Both the position numbers and the translations under genes were made by a program. From positions 1 to 11,438 of the forward strand of contig CAXHAT010000228.1 of NCBI GenBank assembly GCA_964014485.1: a stretch of DNA of 11,438 nt, written 5' to 3'. Of this stretch, positions 1 to 6,174 are shown one piece after another. Below the pieces are notes generated by a model, which searched no databases, was not told the DNA's origin, and was given only the letters and a program-made list of their open reading frames with translations. How positions within the stretch are numbered: the first letter of the stretch is position 1; each line of letters starts with the position of its first letter. Source of the stretch: an uncultured Deferribacteres bacterium (GTDB lineage: Bacteria; Zhuqueibacterota; Zhuqueibacteria; Zhuqueibacterales; Geothermadaptataceae).

Positions 1-45
1 ACACCAAGAAGCTCGTCGGCAGCGTCAGATGTGTATAAGAGACAG
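1..45 (+). other. Illumina Nextera adapter contamination (end of P5 ACAC + 8-nt i5 index CAAGAAGC + TCGTCGGCAGCGTC + Tn5 mosaic end AGATGTGTATAAGAGACAG)
   Basis: Exact TCGTCGGCAGCGTCAGATGTGTATAAGAGACAG at 13-45, preceded by ACAC and 8 nt. It creates the artefactual 'MYKRQ' start of the 31..1278 ORF. Confidence 0.99.
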
Positions 46-1278
46 GAATTGCTGCGCACGCGCTTCGCCGAACCGGAGGGTTTGGAGAAATTTACCGAGG
101 CGCGCGAGCATTTTCAGGGATTGATCAAAAGCGGCCAGGCCGTGCTTTACGCCAGCCGCGAAACCGAGGAAGGACTGCGCCGCGTCTGCGTTGTTCCGCG
201 CGGCGAGGGCGGGCTTTTTCGCAAAAAAGAAGATTTCCAAATTCTCGCGGAAAAACTGGACGAAAACGCCGCGACAGTGCTGGAATTTCTGAAAGAAAAC
301 GGCGCTTCGTTTGGCCGTGATCTGATCGAAGGCACGGGATTGCCGAATCTGCAAGTGCAGGACGGTCTGCGCACGCTGGCGCAACGCAGTCTCGTCAGCG
401 CGGACGACGCGGAGACGTTTTTCGAATTTCTGCAACCAGCTTCAGCCGCGCCAACGCACGGCGATCAGCCGCCGGAACAGCCGTGGGCGAACCGCACGCA
501 AGGCTGGCAATCGATGGGCAGGCGGCGACCGACGCGCCACGAATTGCGGCAAAAAATTCAAAAATTATCGTCGATCAAGGACGTGCGCTGGTTTTTGACC
601 TCGTCTTTCGCGGCCTACGGCGCCGTTTTCGATGACAAGGAGCGCGCGGAACGTCAGGCGCGTCTGCTGTTGAACCGCTACGGCGTTTTGGTGAAGGAGT
701 GGTACCGGCGCGAAAAAGGCTTGCTGCCCTGGCCGCGTCTTTTTCAGGTTTTGAAGCGTCTGGAGTGGCAGGGCGAGATTCGGCGCGGCTATTTCATCGA
801 AGGACTTTCCGGCGTGCAGTTCGCATTGCCGGAAGCGGTCGAGCTTTTGCAAAAAATCAATGGCGCCGGGGCGAAAATTCCCGTCGGATCCGCGCTGGTG
901 AGCACGGCGGACCCGGCGCTGCCGTTCGGCGGATTCACGGATTGGGAAATCGTCGACCGCGAGGGCAAGCGCATCAGCGTGACGCGGCATACTTCAAATC
1001 ATCTTTTATTTGCGAACACTTTTCCGGTCGTTTATCTTGAAAATTTCGGTCAGCGCATCTGGTTCTGCCGCGAGTTTCAGGAGAAACGATTTGGGGATTT
1101 AATCGCCGCGCTCAAGAATTGGCTTTTGCTGCCGCCCAACCTACGTCCGCGCAGCAAACTGCAAGTTTCAAGCATTGACAATGTTCCTGCGGTTGCGTTT
1201 GAAAAAGCGGACGTTTTTCTGGAAAACGGTTTTGAGAAAAAAGGCGAGCAGTTGGTGTTGTGGCCGTCTGCGGTGTAA
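46..1278 (+). CDS. lhr: Lhr-family (large helicase-related) helicase, C-terminal winged-helix/AlkZ-like region; 5'-partial at contig edge
   Basis: ARLLLNRYGVL...LKRLEWQGEIRRGYFIEGLSGVQFALPEAVELL and STADPALPFG match conserved Lhr C-terminal motifs. The G-A-S-F...L HTH segment is also present. Genomic sequence starts after the adapter; TAA at 1276-1278. Confidence 0.88.
   Translation, partial: ELLRTRFAEPEGLEKFTEAREHFQGLIKSGQAVLYASRETEEGLRRVCVVPRGEGGLFRKKEDFQILAEKLDENAATVLEFLKENGASFGRDLIEGTGLPNLQVQDGLRTLAQRSLVSADDAETFFEFLQPASAAPTHGDQPPEQPWANRTQGWQSMGRRRPTRHELRQKIQKLSSIKDVRWFLTSSFAAYGAVFDDKERAERQARLLLNRYGVLVKEWYRREKGLLPWPRLFQVLKRLEWQGEIRRGYFIEGLSGVQFALPEAVELLQKINGAGAKIPVGSALVSTADPALPFGGFTDWEIVDREGKRISVTRHTSNHLLFANTFPVVYLENFGQRIWFCREFQEKRFGDLIAALKNWLLLPPNLRPRSKLQVSSIDNVPAVAFEKADVFLENGFEKKGEQLVLWPSAV
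1159..1278 (+). repeat. lhr 3'-end repeat, copy 1 (native tail, 40 codons including stop)
   Basis: Encodes LQVSSIDNVPAVAFEKADVFLENGFEKKGEQLVLWPSAV*; aligns without gaps to 3920-4039 and 5986-6105. Confidence 0.95.
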
Positions 1279-1300
1279 ATGTCAATTTTCAAAAGAGCGA

Positions 1301-1332
1301 AGATCGGATCAAGCGCAGCGAATCCGGCCTAC
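1301..1332. repeat. REP-like (GTAG-type) imperfect palindrome downstream of lhr; possible terminator function
   Basis: AGATCGGAT...ATCCGGCCTAC; the minus strand reads GTAGGCCGGATTCGCTGCGCTTGATCCGATC, resembling GTAGGCCGGAT REP sequences. Confidence 0.65.
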
Positions 1333-1475
1333 GTGATTTGGTATTGAACGAAATGAGCCGAAGAAGCGTTTTTTACAATAATCGCATAGGATTAGAAGCG
1401 CCGTGACAGGATAGTTCAATATTTTCAGCTTTACTGATTCGGGTTTCTTCATCATTAAAGAGAGAAACAGAGTTC

Positions 1476-3902
1476 ATGACACATTTTACTAGACGGACTG
1501 CAGCCGCTGTTTGCGCACTGCTTTTGTTTGCTTCGAGTTCATTCTTGAAAGGACAACTCAGCGAAGATTGGCCTGCTTGGGGAGGCCCAAACGGCAATTT
1601 TATTGTGAATCCCGGCGTTCTTGAAGCTGACCAGCCGGTACAACTAAAAGTCGCCTGGAAAAGAAAGCTGGGCTCCGGTTATTCGGCGATTTCCGTCACC
1701 AGTGACATAGCGGTGACGATGTACTCGGACAGCACTTTCGATTATCTTACGGCTTTAGATCCGGCTAACGGCGCGGAGCTGTGGCATTTTAAAATAGATT
1801 CAACCTTTCCCGGGCGCTTCGGCTCCGCAAACGGCCCAATTTCGACGCCGCTCATTTCACGAGACAGGGTGGTTGGTCTAAGTGCAGCGGGGCGGTTGTT
1901 CGCACTTAATCGTAAGAGCGGTAAGCTGGTTTGGGAAAGCGATCTGGCTGCGGATTTTGGTGCGCCGGAACCGTTTTACGGTTTCTCGACTTCGCCGCTG
2001 TTGTACAACGATATTTTAATTGTAGAAACTGGCGGGCTTTCTGAAAACGCGATTACCGCCTTTGATCCCGACAACGGGAAAGTGCTTTGGAGTGCGAAGA
2101 GTGATACGGTTGAATATCAGTCGCCTTACCTATTAAAAACCGGCGACGGCAATCAACTGATCGGGATCACGAACCGTTCGCTTTACGGCTTGCAGCCTGA
2201 GACTGGAAAGCAGTTGTGGAAATACGATCATGGCGGCAACAATCATCCAATGGGAGCGTCAAGCGGCAATCTGGTGCATCTTGGCAACAATCAATTTTTC
2301 TTCAAAAACAAAGAAACAGGCGGGAAATTGCTTAGCCTGGATTATGCAGGGGAGGTCTACCAGGTCAACGAAGTTTGGCAAACGACGGATATTAAAGGCA
2401 CTTATATCATTCCGGTTTATCACGACGGCTATATTTACGGCTACAACAGTCGAATTTTTGTTTGCGTTGACGCTCAAACCGGGAAGCGAGTCTGGCGTTC
2501 ACGCGCGCCGGGAGACGGTTTCCCGATTATCGTTGATAATCATCTGGTCGTGATCACAAAGAGCGGTAAGCTAAGCATCGCGCCCGCTTCACCGGAAGGT
2601 TATCAAGAAATCGCCAGTATAGAGCTTCTCGACAATCTTGTCTGGACGCCTGCTAGCTTTGCTCATAACCGATTGTTTCTGAGAAGCTTTACGGAAATTG
2701 CCAGCGTGGAAATCGCACCTTCTGAAATTCTTGCCCGCGCGGAAGAAGAAGCAGTCGGGGTTGTACCCAATTCAAAATTTGCAAAGTTTGTTAAACAAGT
2801 TGAAGGCGCAGAAGAAAAGCAAAAGCTTGTTGAAGAGTTCATGCAAGGGCAGGAGACGTTTCCGGTGATCGAAGGAGACGACGTCGTTCATTTCGTGTGC
2901 CGGGCGGAGGCGCAGGATATGGCTTTGATGAGCGATTTAATCGGCTGGCGAACTGATCGCCCTATGCATCGCGTCGCCGATACGGACTTGTTCTATTATT
3001 CGTCCCGATTGGAGCCCGACGCACGCTTGAACTATAAATTTATGAGAGATTTTCAAGCGCGCCATGTTGATTCCCTTAACGCGCGGCGGCACGGTTCGAT
3101 GTTTTACGGCTTCACGTCCTGGTTCAACATGCCGAAATGGAAAAACCCTGATTATCTCGAAGCTTCGGGAGGATTAACAGGCCGTATCGATTCGCTTCAA
3201 TTCAAGAGCGTAAAGATTGACAGCGCGCGCATGATCGAAGTCTATCTGCCGGCCGGATACGATGACTCTAAAAAAGATTATCCGGTTATTTATCTTCACG
3301 AAGGCAGGCTTGCTCGTGCATTGGGGAATGTTAAGACGGCTTTGGATAATTTGATCGGTCGGCAAATTCAACCCGTCATTGTCGTTTTCATGCCGTCTTT
3401 TTATGGGGATTCGTATGAAGAAATGATTGGCGGAAACAGGGATGCTTACGCAGAAGTGTTTGTCGAAGAGATTTTACCGAAAGTTGAGACGATGTATCGC
3501 GTGCGATCTGGCGCTCAAAACCGACTGAATATGGGAAATAGCTTTGGCGGATTCATGGCTTTCTATACGACATTTAAGTATTCCGAACTCTTCGCGAATT
3601 TTGCGGCTCAGTCGATGTACTGGGATGAAAAACTCGGCAAGCGGTATGCTTCATTGATTTCGCCAAACGCCTCAAAAATGAAAAAAATCTACTTTGGCTG
3701 GGGTAAGTACGATTTTAATAGTCCGTTTGAAAGTATCAATATCATTGAGACAAGCCGCAAGGTGGCGAACTTGCTGCAATCGCGCGGATACGAATTTGCG
3801 GGCGGCGAGGCGAATTTAGGCACAGGTTGGACAAACTGGAAAACCCGCCTCGACGAAGTTCTAACGACGTTTTTTCCGCTTTCGGATGGTGAATCAGAAT
3901 AG
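1476..3902 (+). CDS. Secreted PQQ-like (BamB-type) beta-propeller fused to an enterochelin-esterase (Fes)-like Ig + alpha/beta-hydrolase domain
   Basis: 808-aa ORF with N-terminal signal peptide (RRTAAAVCALLLFASS). DWPAWGGPNGN start and repeated A(L/F)D..xG...W propeller motifs. C-terminal VYLPAGYD...YPVIYLHEG and GNSFGG nucleophile elbow. Confidence 0.85.
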   Translation: MTHFTRRTAAAVCALLLFASSSFLKGQLSEDWPAWGGPNGNFIVNPGVLEADQPVQLKVAWKRKLGSGYSAISVTSDIAVTMYSDSTFDYLTALDPANGAELWHFKIDSTFPGRFGSANGPISTPLISRDRVVGLSAAGRLFALNRKSGKLVWESDLAADFGAPEPFYGFSTSPLLYNDILIVETGGLSENAITAFDPDNGKVLWSAKSDTVEYQSPYLLKTGDGNQLIGITNRSLYGLQPETGKQLWKYDHGGNNHPMGASSGNLVHLGNNQFFFKNKETGGKLLSLDYAGEVYQVNEVWQTTDIKGTYIIPVYHDGYIYGYNSRIFVCVDAQTGKRVWRSRAPGDGFPIIVDNHLVVITKSGKLSIAPASPEGYQEIASIELLDNLVWTPASFAHNRLFLRSFTEIASVEIAPSEILARAEEEAVGVVPNSKFAKFVKQVEGAEEKQKLVEEFMQGQETFPVIEGDDVVHFVCRAEAQDMALMSDLIGWRTDRPMHRVADTDLFYYSSRLEPDARLNYKFMRDFQARHVDSLNARRHGSMFYGFTSWFNMPKWKNPDYLEASGGLTGRIDSLQFKSVKIDSARMIEVYLPAGYDDSKKDYPVIYLHEGRLARALGNVKTALDNLIGRQIQPVIVVFMPSFYGDSYEEMIGGNRDAYAEVFVEEILPKVETMYRVRSGAQNRLNMGNSFGGFMAFYTTFKYSELFANFAAQSMYWDEKLGKRYASLISPNASKMKKIYFGWGKYDFNSPFESINIIETSRKVANLLQSRGYEFAGGEANLGTGWTNWKTRLDEVLTTFFPLSDGESE

Positions 3903-3913
3903 AATGAACGGTG

Positions 3914-4039
3914 AGCGTACTACAAATTTCAAGTATCGACAACGCTCCAGCGGCTGCGTTTAAAAAAGCGCGCGTTTTTCTGGAAAACGGTTTTGAGAAA
4001 AAGGCCGAGGGTTTGGAGTTGTGGCTGTCGGCAGTGTAA
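3914..4039 (+). repeat. lhr 3'-end repeat, copy 2 (displaced gene tail; open frame GTG 3911..TAA 4039)
   Basis: 3920-4039 differs from 1159-1278 at 20/120 nt by hand count, no indels. Encodes LQISSIDNAPAAAFKKARVFLENGFEKKAEGLELWLSAV*. Similarity continues past the stop (CAATTTTCAAAA; AATCCGGCCT). Confidence 0.93.
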
Positions 4040-4062
4040 ATTACAAACAATTTTCAAAAAAA

Positions 4063-4093
4063 CAGGCCGAATTACGCATCGCAATCCGGCCTG
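4063..4093. repeat. REP-like hairpin homologous to 1301-1332; likely terminator between convergent units
   Basis: CAGGCCGAATT-N9-AATCCGGCCTG inverted repeat; shares AATCCGGCCT with the hairpin after lhr. Confidence 0.7.
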
Positions 4094-4136
4094 AGTAGTT
4101 GTTATCCGCTATAAACGGTTGTCGGCTTTTAAAAAA

Positions 4137-5807
4137 TCACTCAGGATCTTTTCGGACATAACATGCGACGCCTTCATAGGCGTATCCGTTAGCTCCGTTG
4201 CGCAGCTCGTTCCAGTTAATCGTGTAGTAATGATCTCCTCCCACAGAGTGCCAATATCGATGAAGCGGCACAGTACTCCTTTCCTGCTTCGGGAATACAT
4301 AGCATTCGATCCCTTCATATATCCAGCCGCCCCCGCCTCCGCCTAACTCGCTTTTATCGGTTGTATAGAAGTGATCATCTATGCCTGAATGATAATAACG
4401 ATGCAACCCAACTGTCTTGTCTCTCTTTTCGCTGTAAACATAACATGGCACACCGAGGTAAGCGTATCCCCATTGCCCAGGTGAAAGCGCATTTTTCTTG
4501 ATTGTATAAAAGTTGTTTCCAGGACGCCACCAACGGTAGAGGGGGACTGTTGGTTCCAGAACGGTAACTCTTCTAACTTCGACATTATTCGTTTCATTGG
4601 TTTCATCAACGTCGCCATGAACGTCGATTCTTGCTAGCGTGTCAAACTTTCCGGATTTTTTATATGTGTGGTGCAAAGATACTGTTGTAGACTTTCCGGC
4701 TTTCAGCCCGGGCACAACGGAAGGTTTGCCGGGGTTGCCGGAATGGTAGTCCCAGCGAACGGTAAATTTACCGACGTCCTTGTTGCCCTGATTTTTTACG
4801 ATGATCTTCGCTTCCGTATTTCGATTCTTGATCGGCAGAATCGGATTCAGTATGAAGCGCGTGATCATCAAGTCCGCTGTTTTGGGAGGCTCTTTATGGC
4901 GGATTCGAACAATAGCGCTCGTTTCATCCTCACCGTCATCATAGTTCAACTTAATGGCTGCGCTGCCCCGCGGCGCTGTGAAGCCGTTTAAGTCGACGAC
5001 AAGATGGTCTTCGGCGGACGCCTTAATTGAGATTTCTTTGTCAGCGATGGTTACTTTCGGCTGCTTGCCGTCCGGGAGCAGCGATTCGCCGATAATCTCC
5101 AACTCGTCAGTTTCGCCGACCAGGATATCGTCCGGGAAAAGATACAGGATACGCGGTTTTTGATCGACAACTTTATCCAGCCGTGCTTTGAGGCCGACGC
5201 CGGTAAATTTCATAACCCAAGCTCTAACCTTAGGAACGATCGCCAATGAGCCAAACACGAGCAGGTAAGCGCCCATCAAGGAAAAAACCAATATACGCGT
5301 CAGCCCTTCCGGCGCGCCTTCCTTAAACAGAAACCAGATAAAACCGAACATGCCGACGCCCAGCAGTATGAGCGAGATCACCAAAATGAGATTATACATC
5401 GCACGATCAAGAACGTAAACCGCCGTTTCCCCTCCAACAACGATGATGTTCTTGACCCTCTTTTCAAGATCAATAGCTATATCCTGGATTTGCATGCTTA
5501 TCTGATCGATAAGCCCTTCCGCTGCATTTTGAATGTTGCCGATGACTTCCGTTTGAATCCTGTTGAGAACGCTCTGCAGCTCCAACAGCTTGTTGCTTGT
5601 CGCGTCATCGAGACTGTCTAATGTAATCCCCAAATTCTCTTGATAAGTCTGGCTCAAGTCTTCAACAAGAGCGTTGAGACTGTTTTCCAGTTGCAAGAGC
5701 CTCTGGCGAACGGCTTCGTTGGCTTCACCAACGACTTTGCTGATCTGGCGGCTTATGGATTTCGCGCCGGAAACCAATCCCCCTATTGTGGCTGCTAAAA
5801 ATAACAT
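4137..5807 (-). CDS. Membrane protein: N-terminal helical/coiled-coil region, two TM helices, IPT/TIG-like Ig domain, CARDB-like domain, C-terminal DUF5648-like repeats
   Basis: 556-aa ORF with AAGGA RBS. Hydrophobic segments LILVISLILLGVGMFGFIWFLF and ILVFSLMGAYLLVFGSLAIV. ADLMIT...VKNQG...ETNETNN is a CARDB pattern. Three (P/G)L(Y/H)R(W/Y)...(DH/NN)(F/Y)YT...Y(E/L)G..CYV repeats. Confidence 0.82.
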   Translation of the reverse strand: MLFLAATIGGLVSGAKSISRQISKVVGEANEAVRQRLLQLENSLNALVEDLSQTYQENLGITLDSLDDATSNKLLELQSVLNRIQTEVIGNIQNAAEGLIDQISMQIQDIAIDLEKRVKNIIVVGGETAVYVLDRAMYNLILVISLILLGVGMFGFIWFLFKEGAPEGLTRILVFSLMGAYLLVFGSLAIVPKVRAWVMKFTGVGLKARLDKVVDQKPRILYLFPDDILVGETDELEIIGESLLPDGKQPKVTIADKEISIKASAEDHLVVDLNGFTAPRGSAAIKLNYDDGEDETSAIVRIRHKEPPKTADLMITRFILNPILPIKNRNTEAKIIVKNQGNKDVGKFTVRWDYHSGNPGKPSVVPGLKAGKSTTVSLHHTYKKSGKFDTLARIDVHGDVDETNETNNVEVRRVTVLEPTVPLYRWWRPGNNFYTIKKNALSPGQWGYAYLGVPCYVYSEKRDKTVGLHRYYHSGIDDHFYTTDKSELGGGGGGWIYEGIECYVFPKQERSTVPLHRYWHSVGGDHYYTINWNELRNGANGYAYEGVACYVRKDPE

Positions 5808-5910
5808 TTATTTACTATCCTTTTATTTTAAAGCATTGATTGCTTGATTTTTTTTGCGCGCGGCCGCTGCGCTTATTTCCCTATGACGATAGTATTTTGT
5901 TTCTGTCCCA
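5808..5910 (-). promoter_or_regulatory. Shared promoter/leader copy A: TGGGA-N18-GTCA (ECF-sigma-like) followed by GC hairpin, A-tract and RBS
   Basis: Minus strand has TGGGA (5910-5906), an 18-nt spacer, GTCA (5887-5884), then AATAAGCGCAGCGGCCGCGCGCAAAAAAAATCAAGC (5877-5842), 32/36 identical to 8738-8703. Confidence 0.65.
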
Positions 5911-5979
5911 TTTTGCTCCGTCTTCTTTCAAAGGGAAGCGTATGATAAGCGGATTTTTCCGGGAGTCGTGCAATTAGAG

Positions 5980-6105
5980 AGCATGGTGGTTCGATCGAGC
6001 ATTGATAATGCCCCCGCGGCAGAGTATGCAAAAGCGGGCGTTTTTGGGGAGAGTGGTTTTGAGAAAAAAGGGGAGCCGTTGGTGTTGCGGCCTTCGGCGG
6101 TGTGA
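5980..6105 (+). repeat. lhr 3'-end repeat, copy 3 (displaced gene tail; open frame ATG 5983..TGA 6105)
   Basis: 5995-6105 differs from 1168-1278 at 22/111 nt by hand count, no indels. Encodes MVVRSSIDNAPAAEYAKAGVFGESGFEKKGEPLVLRPSAV*. Confidence 0.9.
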
Positions 6106-6133
6106 ATTCCAAGCGGCAAATTTTAGATGAGAA

Positions 6134-6163
6134 AGTAGAGACGCGACGCATCGCATCTCTACT
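6134..6163. repeat. GTAGAGACG...CTCTAC REP-like palindrome; likely terminator/stabiliser for the convergent astacin gene
   Basis: AGTAGAGACGCGA-CGCA-TCGCATCTCTACT, a 13-bp stem with one mismatch and GTAG/CTAC ends. Confidence 0.75.
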
Positions 6164-6174
6164 GGATTATTTAT

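Noticed and set aside
27..45. Tn5/IS50 transposon end
   Set aside because: This is the synthetic mosaic end joined to the Nextera read-1 primer and index, so it is library-derived.
1343..1421. TATTGAAC...GTTCAATA (and AAC...GTT at 8803-8877) as integron attC sites
   Set aside because: Poor fit to RYYYAAC/GTTRRRY, no recognisable L boxes, mixed cargo orientation and no integron integrase.
1159..6105. lhr tail copies as DGR template/variable repeats
   Set aside because: Mismatches are not confined to adenines on either strand (many C/T and G/C changes), and there is no reverse transcriptase gene in the window.
1159..6105. Tail copies as an assembly artefact
   Set aside because: Copies differ by ~17-20% with codon-structured substitutions and unique flanks; mis-joined reads would give near-identical copies. 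Read mapping is still advisable.
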